This document shows positions 8,492 through 19,064 of a DNA stretch of 59,905 nt, in pieces. The notes beneath the pieces are model-generated. The model was not told where the DNA came from. It ran no database searches and was given only the letters and a program-made list of their open reading frames with translations. The stretch is taken from positions 1 to 59,905 of the IMG/VR virus record IMGVR_UViG_3300020152_000026; one strand, given 5' to 3'. The translations under genes were made by a program, and so were the position numbers. How positions within the stretch are numbered: position 1 is the stretch's first letter; every line of letters begins with the position of its first letter. This stretch comes from a virus. Lineage: Duplodnaviria > Caudoviricetes.

Positions 8492-10555
8492 TTGGGAATC
8501 TTTAATAAAGTATTGTCTTTCATGGGATTTAATAAAGAAAGTGATAAGATAGACTATGACTTTAAAAATGAAAAATGGCTGAATAAAGATGCAATAATAT
8601 CAGTTGTGTTAGAGGATTTGCAGCGCAGGAAAGAGGAAAAGGCACCTATTGAATTAATGTGGCGGCTTATATCCAATTATATCACTGGTGATCAATATTG
8701 TGATATAGACCCTATAACAATGCAGATAGTTGACATTCCAAAAACCTTTGAATGGCTTCAGCGTGAAACATTTAACAGAATGGCTCCGATATATGAAGCA
8801 AGATTATCAAAATTAAGCAGGATTAGACCTTCAATGAGATGCAGACCTGCCACTAATGAAATAGATGATATTGCAAAAGCCAAAACCTCAACTGCAATAC
8901 TGAAAGGTACGCAGGTAAAACAGAGTTTTTACGATAAATTAGACACCGCCAATGCATGGTGTGACATGCTTGGTACGGTGTTTTTTTTGAATGGCTGGAA
9001 CGCACAAGGCGGCAAGTTGATTCATAGGGAAGAGATTGAGGTTATAACAGATGAAGGAGTAAAGCAACAAATCAATGAAACCTATCAAGGTGATTTGAGT
9101 TTTGGCATTCTTACACCTTTTGAAGTATTCCCTGACAGTATCCTTAATCAAGAGTTATCAGATTGCCGTTCAATTATCCTTGAACAGGTCATGCCTGTAG
9201 ATAAAATTTATGATATGTACGGTGTGAGAGTACCTGGAAAGAACATAGATACATATACGATCGCACCAACTATGGTAAGCGGTGGTTTAGGTTATATGTC
9301 ATGCATAAATACATTGTCGATTCAGCAAAGGAAGGATTCAGAGAAGGTTGTTACCTATATGGAATTACCTTCAAAGGATTATCCTGATGGCAAACTTATT
9401 ATTATTATCGGTGACACGCATTTGCAACATTACGGACCTCTTAGCTTTCCTGTTGGCGAAGATGATAAACCGTTTTATCCGTTGGTTAAAATGGTGTCTA
9501 TTAAAAAAGTTGGCTGTTTCTTTGGCGGTACAGTGTATGAAAGAATGTTACCTGTACAAAGGGCTTACAATGCAATTAAAAACCGTAAGCATGACTTTCT
9601 TAATAGGTGCGTTATTGAAGCATATACCTATGAGGAAGATAGCATAGACGAAGAAAGATTGCAGGAAGAAGGTATTTCACCCGGTAGCTTATGGCCAAGG
9701 CAACCAGGAACAGCACCGCCTGAACCAATCAAAAATGGTAACCTTCCTGGAGAGTATATCGAGGAAGAAAACAAGCTTATTCGAGAGTTTGAATATTACT
9801 CTAGCATATCAGAAATGGCGGTAATAAGTGGCGCACCTACTGGCTTACGTTCAGGTAATGCACTTGAAAGTTTGAAACAGTCTGACGATGAAAGATTGTC
9901 AAGGCCGGGAGAGCAAATCAGAAGTGCGGCTATTGAAATCAGTAAACAGTGGCTAAGACTATTCAAAAAATATGCGGCAACACCGAGAGTTATTCAGTTT
10001 ACAGGCAAGAATGAGATCGCAAATGTAATATGGTGGACTAATTCAGATGTTACTACTTATGACATTATCCATGAAACTGAAAACGAGTTAAATGATACAC
10101 TTGAACAAAGAAGGAGTTTTGTACTTCAATTGCTTCAAATGGGCGCACTCAATAATGAAAACGGTGTAATTGATAAGAGAATGAAAAGTAAATTGTTTGA
10201 AATGATGAAGTTTGGTAATTGGGAAGATGCAATTGACATTGACGAACTTCATGTTGCAAGGGCGCAAAGAGAAAATGCATACTTCCAAGCCGGAATAATG
10301 CCACAGATTGAACCTTACGACAATCACGAAGTCCACGCACAAGAACATGATAGACTTATTCTTTCGACTGACTTTGAAGTGCTTAAACAAACAAGGCCGG
10401 AGTTAGCGCAGATATTTATTGCTCACAGAATGGAGCATGAAGCAGTATTGCAACAACAGGCTTTGGATATGCAGCAACAGCAAGTATTACAGATGAAGAA
10501 GATGGGGCAAGAACAATTTATTAAAAATATGAAACAAAATGCAATAGAAGGATAG
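8492..10555 (+). CDS. portal protein (P22/podovirus-like)
   Basis: 687 aa; FNRMAPIYEARLSKL, VQRAYNAIKNR, SGNALESL and Q-rich C-terminus; lies before scaffold and capsid. Confidence 0.85.
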   Translation: MGIFNKVLSFMGFNKESDKIDYDFKNEKWLNKDAIISVVLEDLQRRKEEKAPIELMWRLISNYITGDQYCDIDPITMQIVDIPKTFEWLQRETFNRMAPIYEARLSKLSRIRPSMRCRPATNEIDDIAKAKTSTAILKGTQVKQSFYDKLDTANAWCDMLGTVFFLNGWNAQGGKLIHREEIEVITDEGVKQQINETYQGDLSFGILTPFEVFPDSILNQELSDCRSIILEQVMPVDKIYDMYGVRVPGKNIDTYTIAPTMVSGGLGYMSCINTLSIQQRKDSEKVVTYMELPSKDYPDGKLIIIIGDTHLQHYGPLSFPVGEDDKPFYPLVKMVSIKKVGCFFGGTVYERMLPVQRAYNAIKNRKHDFLNRCVIEAYTYEEDSIDEERLQEEGISPGSLWPRQPGTAPPEPIKNGNLPGEYIEEENKLIREFEYYSSISEMAVISGAPTGLRSGNALESLKQSDDERLSRPGEQIRSAAIEISKQWLRLFKKYAATPRVIQFTGKNEIANVIWWTNSDVTTYDIIHETENELNDTLEQRRSFVLQLLQMGALNNENGVIDKRMKSKLFEMMKFGNWEDAIDIDELHVARAQRENAYFQAGIMPQIEPYDNHEVHAQEHDRLILSTDFEVLKQTRPELAQIFIAHRMEHEAVLQQQALDMQQQQVLQMKKMGQEQFIKNMKQNAIEG

Positions 10556-10578
10556 CACCTATTAGGGTGTTTTTTTAT
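10554..10578 (+). terminator. intrinsic terminator
   Basis: AGCACC-TATTAG-GGTGTT plus T-run. Confidence 0.55.
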
Positions 10579-10609
10579 TGCCTAAAAACAAGGGAGGATT
10601 TGATTTTAT

Positions 10610-11614
10610 ATGTTAATCAAGCAAGACAAGCAACCTTTTAAGGTTAATATTCAGCTATTTGCAGAAGGTGACGAACCTGTCAATTATAACGGTGTAGAGG
10701 GTGACGTGCTTGCAATGTTACAGGCAGAAGGTAATGAGCCGCTTGTACAACCGACAGATGAACAACCTATACAGCCTATTACAGAACCGCAGGTGCAGGA
10801 ACCACAAGAACCGTCTACACAGCCTACAGAGCCAATACAACAACCTGTAGAACCTGTACAACCGCAACCACCACAGCCTAGCCAAAATGAATTATTGCTT
10901 ATGCAGCAACTACAACAGATGCAACAGGCTATGGCACAACAGCAACAGCAATTTCAACAGTTTATGCAGCAACAAACAATGCCACAACAACCGCCACAGG
11001 TGCAGAAAACACCTGAAGAAATGGAAGCAGAAAGACAGGCAATAGTAGACGAGTTACTACAAGACCCTATGGGAGTATTAAACAGAGTTGTACAACAGGC
11101 AGTTAACCCACTACAACAGGAGATCGAAGGATATAAGCAAAAGGAAGTATGGGGAACTGCTAAGTCACGTTTTGCAAAGATGGTTGATGAAACAACAGGA
11201 CAGCCATTACACCCTGATTATGAATCTGTTGCTGAAAGAATGGAACAGATTATGCAGGAAAGACCAGGAATTGCTATGGCAGATAAACCGTTATGGGCTT
11301 TGAAAAATGCTTATGACATTGCAATGGCTGAAAAGTATAGAAGTCAACCGCCTGTAGTACAGCAACCGCCTGTAAGTATTGTTGATCAATTAAAAGACCC
11401 AAACAACATTAAGCAATTAATAAGCAATCCCGACATTATGAAAGCACTTGCAGCGGCACAGGCACAGCAGCAAGCACAACTTAATCAGCAAGTGCCACCT
11501 ATAGCACCCAGCTCCGGGGCAGCTAATGCGGCACCTTATATACAACCAAAACCACAATCTTACAACGACCTTGACAGTGAAGTCTTAAACGCACTGAAGC
11601 AAGGAATCGTTTAA
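10610..11614 (+). CDS. capsid scaffolding protein
   Basis: NIQLFAEG leader (Prp-type cleavage motif), Q/P-rich low complexity, directly upstream of the capsid gene. Confidence 0.75.
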   Translation: MLIKQDKQPFKVNIQLFAEGDEPVNYNGVEGDVLAMLQAEGNEPLVQPTDEQPIQPITEPQVQEPQEPSTQPTEPIQQPVEPVQPQPPQPSQNELLLMQQLQQMQQAMAQQQQQFQQFMQQQTMPQQPPQVQKTPEEMEAERQAIVDELLQDPMGVLNRVVQQAVNPLQQEIEGYKQKEVWGTAKSRFAKMVDETTGQPLHPDYESVAERMEQIMQERPGIAMADKPLWALKNAYDIAMAEKYRSQPPVVQQPPVSIVDQLKDPNNIKQLISNPDIMKALAAAQAQQQAQLNQQVPPIAPSSGAANAAPYIQPKPQSYNDLDSEVLNALKQGIV

Positions 11615-11633
11615 AAAAGGGAGGAATTTTATC

Positions 11634-12851
11634 ATGTATTCAATGACAACAGCAGCAAAGTATTTAAAGATCAAGTACGGTCCGTTTTTGGCGAACCAAG
11701 TAAGCGAAGATACTTCACCGTTCTTCAAAGAAATCGAAAAGACTTCCAAATATGCAGTAGGCGGCAGTAAGTTTGTTATGGCTGCACCTATCGGTATTAA
11801 TGGAGGTATTGGAGCAATATCGGAAACAGGGGCATTGCCTACAGCCGGTATTCAAAAAGTAGAGAACTTTGAAACAACCCAAAAGACATTGACAGGGGTT
11901 TTAAAAATCACTGATAAGGCATGGAAAGCAGCACAGAATAATGAACAGGCATTTGTAAACCTATTGACTAATTCTACTCAAACAACTGAAAGAGGGTTGA
12001 AGTGGGATTTGAATAGGCAAACATGGGGCAATGGTAGTGGTGTAATGGGTAAGCTTGCAGCACTAGGTTCAGCAGGTAATACCTTTACAGTAACTTCCGG
12101 TATTGCTAATTTCATTGAAGGTCAGATAGTTGACATTTACGACTATTCCGGTGCTTCTAGTGCATTAGCTAAGAAAGCTTCACAAAGAATGATTACCGCA
12201 GTAGTTAATAAGCCGGGTGGAACTTACACAATTACTGTTGATGGTACGGCCGTAACTCTCGTTGCAGATGGTGATAATGTTCCATATGTAACTATGCAGG
12301 GGGTTACTACAGGTCTTGAAATCACAGGTATTGAAGCGTTGCATGATTCTTCAATAACCTCACTGTATGGTGTAACAAAAGCTACTAACCCTTGGATGGT
12401 TCCTTACAGCCTAAGTGTTGCTAATAATATCAGTGATGATAAAATACTGAAAATGATCAATTACCTCAAAAATTATTTTGGATCCAAATCCAATATGATT
12501 ATTGCAGGTGACGGAGCATATGAAGGATATAGCACATACCTTGAAGCAACAAAGAGAAATGTTAACATGAAAGACCTTGCAGGTGGATTCAGCTCAATTT
12601 CTTACGGTGACAAACCTATCGTTAATGATAGATTCGCACCTTCCGGGAATATGGAGTTTGTTGATACTACAAAATGGCACTTCCACCAGTTGGGAGATTG
12701 GGAATGGATTCCTGGAACAACTGGGGATAACAACATTCTTTCACAGGTTCCGGGCTATGCATACTATCAAGCAACAATGATTAAACATTGCGAATTGATG
12801 TGTGAACACCCGGGAGGACAAGGCAGACTTACAAACTGCAACTTGGCATAA
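11634..12851 (+). CDS. major capsid protein
   Basis: 405 aa; DLNRQTWGNGSG, AGGFSSISY..PIVNDRFAP, ELMCEHPGGQGRL; followed by a strong terminator. Confidence 0.85.
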   Translation: MYSMTTAAKYLKIKYGPFLANQVSEDTSPFFKEIEKTSKYAVGGSKFVMAAPIGINGGIGAISETGALPTAGIQKVENFETTQKTLTGVLKITDKAWKAAQNNEQAFVNLLTNSTQTTERGLKWDLNRQTWGNGSGVMGKLAALGSAGNTFTVTSGIANFIEGQIVDIYDYSGASSALAKKASQRMITAVVNKPGGTYTITVDGTAVTLVADGDNVPYVTMQGVTTGLEITGIEALHDSSITSLYGVTKATNPWMVPYSLSVANNISDDKILKMINYLKNYFGSKSNMIIAGDGAYEGYSTYLEATKRNVNMKDLAGGFSSISYGDKPIVNDRFAPSGNMEFVDTTKWHFHQLGDWEWIPGTTGDNNILSQVPGYAYYQATMIKHCELMCEHPGGQGRLTNCNLA

Positions 12852-12866
12852 GTAATAAATAATAGG

Positions 12867-12904
12867 TAGCCGGATTGATTAATTTCAGTCCGGCTATTTG
12901 TTTA
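12867..12904 (+). terminator. intrinsic terminator after the capsid gene
   Basis: TAGCCGGATTGA..TCAGTCCGGCTA plus TTTGTTT. Confidence 0.8.
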
Positions 12905-12964
12905 ATAAAGTGGTACTTGCTGAACCAAATGGAGCAATCTTTCTATAAGGAGTGATAAGTTAGA

Positions 12965-13375
12965 ATGTGGATTGATGAAGCTAGGGAAATAGTAACCAGT
13001 TATGCTACTGGAATTATAGATGAAATAAAAAGAATTGATAAAGATTATTTTGTTGTAAGAAACCATGAGGACGGAGTATTTGAGATACATCATGGTACAC
13101 CATGTATAGGACGAGGAATGGCAACATGGCAATTAACCATTCCATATCCTGAGTTAGATCAAAGAACAATTGATTATATACATAAGACTAAGATAGAAAA
13201 CATCAAGGAAGTTATGTCCGAGATTGAAGAAAAGAATGAGAAGGTAGTAAAAAACGCTAGAAAGAAAAAAGCTGAACGTGATAAGGAAATAGCAAAAGAT
13301 ATTGCAAGATACACAGAAAATCACTTCAGTAAAGATGATGTTGACGATAAGGCATATACAACCCGATTCATATAA
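12965..13375 (+). CDS. conserved phage hypothetical protein
   Basis: RBS AAGGAG; IPYPELDQRTIDY motif; morphogenesis operon. Confidence 0.6.
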   Translation: MWIDEAREIVTSYATGIIDEIKRIDKDYFVVRNHEDGVFEIHHGTPCIGRGMATWQLTIPYPELDQRTIDYIHKTKIENIKEVMSEIEEKNEKVVKNARKKKAERDKEIAKDIARYTENHFSKDDVDDKAYTTRFI

Positions 13376-13390
13376 GGGTAGGTGTGATGA

Positions 13391-14059
13391 ATGGATATAA
13401 AGAAAGTGTACGACCAAGTATTGACCGAAATACCGTCAATAGAAATGCGGTCATTCATTAATAGATTTAATCAAGCAGTAAACGACCTTTCAATGAGGTA
13501 TCCTCTTTCTATGCCGATAATTGAAACAGAAATTGATACCTCTTATGACTATACATTGTTTACTTGTGATGATTTTGATAACGCAGATTTTACTTGTAAT
13601 GAGTTGGATAACCTTGATAATACTTGTGATGAATTTGACGAGGGGGAAGGGTTATATACGGTTACTGCCAAAACAAGAGGTATATTCCCTTATATTTATC
13701 CTTTGCCTGAAGATTGCGCAAGTGTGTTTAGAGTGTATAGAAAATGTCCTGAATACAAGTATGAGGTTAGAGATTACACAGTAGACACCGCAGGAATACA
13801 ATTCCCATGTGAAGGAATATTTGAAATTCACTACTACAAGAAAAATGAAATACAATCTCTTAAAGATACTGTCATAATACCGTGGCAGTTTTTTAATGCG
13901 ATTGTTTATTTTATTGTCGGTAATGAGTTAATGGACACCAATGAGAAAAAAGCAGTATTAAATATGCAACGGTATGAAGATTCTGCTAAAAATGCAAGTA
14001 AGAATTTGAAATCTCAAAAGTCAAGAAACATGAGAATCAAACAACAAGTTTGGAGATAG
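13391..14059 (+). CDS. putative head-tail adaptor / tail tubular protein
   Basis: FINRFNQAVNDL N-terminus, YPLPEDC, IPWQFFNAIVYF C-terminal motif of adaptor-like proteins. Confidence 0.55.
   Translation: MDIKKVYDQVLTEIPSIEMRSFINRFNQAVNDLSMRYPLSMPIIETEIDTSYDYTLFTCDDFDNADFTCNELDNLDNTCDEFDEGEGLYTVTAKTRGIFPYIYPLPEDCASVFRVYRKCPEYKYEVRDYTVDTAGIQFPCEGIFEIHYYKKNEIQSLKDTVIIPWQFFNAIVYFIVGNELMDTNEKKAVLNMQRYEDSAKNASKNLKSQKSRNMRIKQQVWR
13561..13640 (+). repeat. 30-bp tandem repeat (about 2.7 copies) encoding TC(D/N)(D/E)(F/L)D units
   Basis: tacttgtgatgattttgata / tacttgtaatgagttggata / tacttgtgatgaatttgacg at 30-nt period. Confidence 0.75.
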
Positions 14060-14071
14060 GAAGGTGATTAT

Positions 14072-14944
14072 ATGCCACATACAAATAAAACACCTAACCT
14101 TGAATTACCTCAATGGTTAGGCACCGATAAAAGAAAAACCGCTGATGATAACGCAGCTTATTTGAAGATAGATACAGCAATCCAGGCTGTACAAGACGAT
14201 GTTACTAGTACAAAAGAAGATATAACCGGAATCAATAACGCTTTATCAGTTACTGATGGAAATGTTTCTACTATTCAAGGTAATATTGATTCTATAATTA
14301 ATCCTAATATAGCCGCAACGTATTATGTGCGTGCAGATGGTAACGATGAAAATGATGGGCTAACTAATACAGCAGGAGGAGCATTTGCAACTATACAACA
14401 TGCCATAAATATTCTACCTAAGATGCTACCACATGATGTTATAATACGATGTGCAGCAGGAACATATGACGAAGTTGTTACTATCTCAGGATTTTTTGGA
14501 AATGGAAGTATAGGAATAATCGGTAATGAAGTTGGGAATCCAGTGGTTACAGCCTCTTATAAGATAAAACAAATACAAGCACTAAGGAATCAAATAAGAA
14601 TTGGAATTATTGGATTTTCAATCACTAGCACAGAAGCAGATGCAATCACTGTTGATGAAAGTTGGTATGCATATTTAAGATTTGTTTTAATTACGGCTAG
14701 TGCGTCTAAAATTGGCGTCAATGTAACAGATTCGTCAAATGTATACATTTCAACTGTAGAGATAAGCAATAAGTCTACAGCTATAAAATGCGCAGACATG
14801 TCAAGGGTGTTTAGTTCTATCGTTATGGGTAGTGGTAATACAACAGGGCTACATGCTTTGTACGGTAGCGAAATAATCAAAAACAGCACACAACCTACAG
14901 CTACAACAGGAGAACTGGCGGAATATGGTGGATTAATAAGATAG
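14072..14944 (+). CDS. tail spike/fibre protein with pectin-lyase-like beta-helix
   Basis: KTPNLELPQW head, coiled coil, YYVRADGNDENDGL..AFATIQHAI..AAGTYDE. Confidence 0.7.
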   Translation: MPHTNKTPNLELPQWLGTDKRKTADDNAAYLKIDTAIQAVQDDVTSTKEDITGINNALSVTDGNVSTIQGNIDSIINPNIAATYYVRADGNDENDGLTNTAGGAFATIQHAINILPKMLPHDVIIRCAAGTYDEVVTISGFFGNGSIGIIGNEVGNPVVTASYKIKQIQALRNQIRIGIIGFSITSTEADAITVDESWYAYLRFVLITASASKIGVNVTDSSNVYISTVEISNKSTAIKCADMSRVFSSIVMGSGNTTGLHALYGSEIIKNSTQPTATTGELAEYGGLIR

Positions 14945-14962
14945 TAAAGGAGATGATTATCA

Positions 14963-15559
14963 ATGTTTATTTCAACTAAAACAGTTCAAGACTTCATTGC
15001 TGATCTTGATGCAATGAAACCAAATAAATATAGTCCTGCCATAAAAGTTGGTTGGATAAATGAAATTGAACAGAGTTTATATACAAAAATTATTGACGAA
15101 TACAAAAAGGATTCAACAACCTATGCAACGGCAAACTTAGCTGCTTTTCCTTTAGCTATAGGTACAGCCCCATCGATTCAATTTGAAGATATAAGAAAGG
15201 TTTATGTTGGTGGGGTGGAATACAGCAAAACAACATTAGCTTACGACACTACGGCAGGGGTCTATTTTAAGAACACTGATAAACTAGACATTAATCCAAG
15301 ACCTGTTGCTCCTGCTACCGTTGCAGTTACAATTGTATACAGGGAAAGACCAGTTATTAAAACCGTTCCATTGGTTGCGTCTCAATATATCAGTCTTCCA
15401 GATGCTTTCATTAAGATAGTTACATATTACTGTTTCCAGCAAATTCACTTACTCCAAAAGGAATATGCAGAAGCGCAAAACTGGATGGCAATGTATAACG
15501 ATGCAGTTGCAGATTTTGTAGATTGGTACGGTGAACGCAAAGCACAATTCGGAAATTAA
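14963..15559 (+). CDS. putative adaptor / tail tubular protein A-like
   Basis: KPNKYS..KVGWINEIE, LPDAFIKIVTYY..MYNDA. Confidence 0.55.
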   Translation: MFISTKTVQDFIADLDAMKPNKYSPAIKVGWINEIEQSLYTKIIDEYKKDSTTYATANLAAFPLAIGTAPSIQFEDIRKVYVGGVEYSKTTLAYDTTAGVYFKNTDKLDINPRPVAPATVAVTIVYRERPVIKTVPLVASQYISLPDAFIKIVTYYCFQQIHLLQKEYAEAQNWMAMYNDAVADFVDWYGERKAQFGN

Positions 15560-15571
15560 GGGGGCTATTTT

Positions 15572-17233
15572 ATGGCTTCAAAAGATAATAAACCAAAAAG
15601 AATGTTTATGCAAGTATCATCGTTGCCGTTCACTGAAAACAAAGTAAATGATTCGGGCAGTAGCAATACTGCTCGTATTACTTTACCTTATGCTGAGAAT
15701 GTAAAAGTTGATAACAGTGATACTAAAAAAGTTATAAACATTCCATTTGCCGAAAATATAAAGCCAGTGGAAAGAGATACTATAACAAGCAAAACATTAC
15801 CGTATGCTGAAAACATTGGTGAAAAGTTAAATGGTGATGAAGTTAAAAGCAATGTTCAATTCATGTCTATTCCACCAATTGAAAATAAAGCAGGTGCAGA
15901 CTTCGGGGAACCTGTATGGAAAAAGGTTGAGTGGGGAGGATTAAACCTCCGCAACACTATTGATAGTGGCGAATTGTCTTATGCGAAAAACCTTTCTACT
16001 GATGAATTTCCTTACTTAATTCCAAGAGCTTCAAGAGGTGAATATGAAACAGGAATTGTTGAACCACAGGCTTTATTTGCGGTAGAAAATGCTTTAATGT
16101 GGATAGGTAACGATGCTTCAGATAATGAAACACTTTTTTATGATGATGGTAGTGGAACAGTAAAAGAGTTTATTTTGCAAACCTTTTCTAATGCATTAAT
16201 GGTTCCTAGAAGCATTGTAGCTTTTGAAGATAAGATATTGATATTCCCTGACAAAAAATATATCAATCGTGACGGTTCCGGCAGTATCGGAAATATTGGA
16301 ACAGGAACATACCCGGCAGATGGCAGTTGTCCTGACATTGATTACGCTTGTGTATATGGCGGTATCGGTAGAATATTTGGTGTAAAAGGAAATGAGATAT
16401 ACGCTAATGAATACGGAAAGTTCAACGAATGGACTACATTTGAAGGTATAGAATCTGATTCATGGGGTGTAAAAGTAACTTCTGATGGTGATTTTGCAGG
16501 AGTAGCACTATATAAAAATCATGTAGTTGCATTTAAACCTAACTTTACTCATGAGCAATGGGGAACAAGACCACCGTTTAGAATACAAGATATATTCGCA
16601 GTAGGGACTATTGATAATCGTTCAATCAAAGAAGTTAACGGACGATTATTCTTTTGTAGTCGTGACGGTGTATATATTTATACAAGTGGTGAACAGAAAC
16701 ATATATCTTTAAAACTTGATAAGAAATATGTTCAAGCTAGAGCAGGAACGGACGGACGTAAATATTATCTCAGTATGTACGATGGTTCTGTATGGGATTT
16801 ATTTGTTTATGACACATGGTTTGATTTATGGACAAGGGAAGATGATTTAAATGTCATAGACTTTGCGTACTGGAAAAATTACTTATATGCTCTTACTTTT
16901 GATGGGAAAATATTAAAGTTTAATAGTGGCACTGAAACCGTTGAATGGGAAGCTATTACAGAATATTTTGCAGGTGATATAATTAACAAGTATGTGCATG
17001 AGATAAAGTTAAGATTTGATATTGCAAATGGTTCAACTATGGCTATTGCTATTCAGTATGACAATGGCAGTTTTGAAGAAGTACAGTCATATATAGGAAC
17101 ATCAAATAATATGCAAACTTTAAAATGCTCTATTACCCCTAAACAATCCGATAGATATAGGATTAAATTCTCAGGCACAGGCTATGTAAAACTACACGCT
17201 ATGGAAGTATTAATGAGTGTTGGCGGTGATTAA
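15572..17233 (+). CDS. tail tubular protein B / P22 gp10-like nozzle protein
   Basis: WGGLNL..GELSYAKNLSTDEFPYLIPR, beta-propeller W/D-rich repeats, RYRIKFSGTG C-terminus. Confidence 0.7.
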   Translation: MASKDNKPKRMFMQVSSLPFTENKVNDSGSSNTARITLPYAENVKVDNSDTKKVINIPFAENIKPVERDTITSKTLPYAENIGEKLNGDEVKSNVQFMSIPPIENKAGADFGEPVWKKVEWGGLNLRNTIDSGELSYAKNLSTDEFPYLIPRASRGEYETGIVEPQALFAVENALMWIGNDASDNETLFYDDGSGTVKEFILQTFSNALMVPRSIVAFEDKILIFPDKKYINRDGSGSIGNIGTGTYPADGSCPDIDYACVYGGIGRIFGVKGNEIYANEYGKFNEWTTFEGIESDSWGVKVTSDGDFAGVALYKNHVVAFKPNFTHEQWGTRPPFRIQDIFAVGTIDNRSIKEVNGRLFFCSRDGVYIYTSGEQKHISLKLDKKYVQARAGTDGRKYYLSMYDGSVWDLFVYDTWFDLWTREDDLNVIDFAYWKNYLYALTFDGKILKFNSGTETVEWEAITEYFAGDIINKYVHEIKLRFDIANGSTMAIAIQYDNGSFEEVQSYIGTSNNMQTLKCSITPKQSDRYRIKFSGTGYVKLHAMEVLMSVGGD

Positions 17234-18336
17234 TGATGGGCAGTAACCAATTATATTATGACTTAGTAGAAAAAATTGATAAGCTTGAAAAGAAAATAGT
17301 ATCACTTGAACAGAATAACGAAAGTCTTAAAAATAAACTAATTTACAGAGATAAAGAACTGTACGACACACTGTACAACCTTAATAATGATAATTTTTCT
17401 ACTGTTGCACTTTCGGCAGATAAGTATATCCGGGTAGGCAAAGAAGGATATAGGGCAGGGATTGAAGGGGCTAACAGTGCCGATGATATTGTTTTTTGGG
17501 CGGGGCAAAGTAAACCTTCTACAGACTGTCCTTATTATGTGTTGGCTGATGGTACTCTGCACGCTACAAACGCTATTCTAGGGACTAATGGCACTAATGC
17601 TGATGATATGATTGACAACACTTATTTTGAAGCATGGGTAAGTGGCAATAGCGACTATGGCACAGCAGCACAGTTACAATCAAGTGGTGGCAATCTTCTT
17701 CTTAATAATCCAACTTACTATTTATATGCCGCAAATGATTTAGGACAAGGATTCTATGTAAAAAAAGATGGCTCTGCGTATATTTCTAGCGGTGTTACTA
17801 TCGGTGCAGGTGGCTCAGTTATAGCTTCTGAGAGTTATGCTTTTGGTGTAGCTGACGATGCTTACGATGATGCAACGAGTTATGCTGATAATTACGCTGA
17901 TGGAACATATTCAATGATAGGCGCAAAGTTAAAGTCTACAGATGGAAATCTTGTTATTAATAGTACAGTAAGTGGAACGCTTTATTATTTGTATGCTGTA
18001 AAAAATGGTAAAGGCTTTTATATAGACACCAGTGGAAATGCTTTGTTCACAGGTGACATTACAGGCAGTAAACTTTATGGGCTTGGAACGAATAGCGCAT
18101 ATATAATGGTAGGCAACACTGGTTCAAATGCTGACTTATCAGTGTACAAAAATAGCGGAACATATCCAACATTTAGAGTATATGATGGTAGCACATTTAT
18201 AGCACTACAAGCTGGAACTAATGCTGCAATTGCTCCATCAACATTTTTAGAATTGACAAATACAACAGCAATACCACAAGGAACATGGGATTTTCAAGAT
18301 TGTACAGTGACTAACTTATATGCAAAGTACGCATAA
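17233..18336 (+). CDS. tail fibre/needle-like protein
   Basis: Coiled coil, YNLNNDNF, FWAG..PYYVLADGTLHATNA, G/S/T-rich beta repeats, GTWDF. Confidence 0.6.
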   Translation: MMGSNQLYYDLVEKIDKLEKKIVSLEQNNESLKNKLIYRDKELYDTLYNLNNDNFSTVALSADKYIRVGKEGYRAGIEGANSADDIVFWAGQSKPSTDCPYYVLADGTLHATNAILGTNGTNADDMIDNTYFEAWVSGNSDYGTAAQLQSSGGNLLLNNPTYYLYAANDLGQGFYVKKDGSAYISSGVTIGAGGSVIASESYAFGVADDAYDDATSYADNYADGTYSMIGAKLKSTDGNLVINSTVSGTLYYLYAVKNGKGFYIDTSGNALFTGDITGSKLYGLGTNSAYIMVGNTGSNADLSVYKNSGTYPTFRVYDGSTFIALQAGTNAAIAPSTFLELTNTTAIPQGTWDFQDCTVTNLYAKYA

Positions 18337-18348
18337 GGAGTTGATTTT

Positions 18349-19047
18349 ATGGCTATAACATTAGAACAAACTGACAGAACTCCAAACAGCGTTACTTTTA
18401 GCGTTAGTGGAATTACTGATAATAGAAGCACTCTAATCTGGCATGTATTAAACCAAGAATGGATTACACTTACAGAAGCATACGACACGCTATACATTAG
18501 GAATTATTCTACTTCTGGCGGTGATAACGGTACAATAACAGTCGTGTTTTGGGACACTAGAGTTGGATTGAATGATTATGACAATGAATTATATTGGTAT
18601 GATAGTGATTACAATTTAAAGTGTTGGGATTTTGCAGTAGTAAATGTTTCAGGTGGAGTAAATACCGATGTTGAATACATTACCACAATAGTTGAATTAT
18701 TTTGGGATAATACTTCAACAAAGTTAACGGATGGTGATTTTGATATGACGTTAGCGGATCAAATACGTTTCCAATGGTTTGCTTGTTATATGCAGGCGTG
18801 GATAGGGCTTATTGATAATGTATGGTCAATATATACTGATATATTATACGGCGAAGATATGCGAGAAGCAGCACAAAAAATATATGATACTGCTTATGGC
18901 TTATCATCTACAAAACTACCAAATAGGAGTACGGTGTTAAGTAATATGGGAGATATACTTGACGAAGCATATAAAGATACTTCTGTCTATTCAACCCATT
19001 TAAATGGTATTAAGAACGCAATAAACAATTTTAATTTGAAACAATAA
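18349..19047 (+). CDS. putative tail-associated protein
   Basis: In the tail operon; beta-rich N-terminus; RBS AAGGAG. Confidence 0.5.
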   Translation: MAITLEQTDRTPNSVTFSVSGITDNRSTLIWHVLNQEWITLTEAYDTLYIRNYSTSGGDNGTITVVFWDTRVGLNDYDNELYWYDSDYNLKCWDFAVVNVSGGVNTDVEYITTIVELFWDNTSTKLTDGDFDMTLADQIRFQWFACYMQAWIGLIDNVWSIYTDILYGEDMREAAQKIYDTAYGLSSTKLPNRSTVLSNMGDILDEAYKDTSVYSTHLNGIKNAINNFNLKQ

Positions 19048-19064
19048 GAAAGGGTGATTAACAC

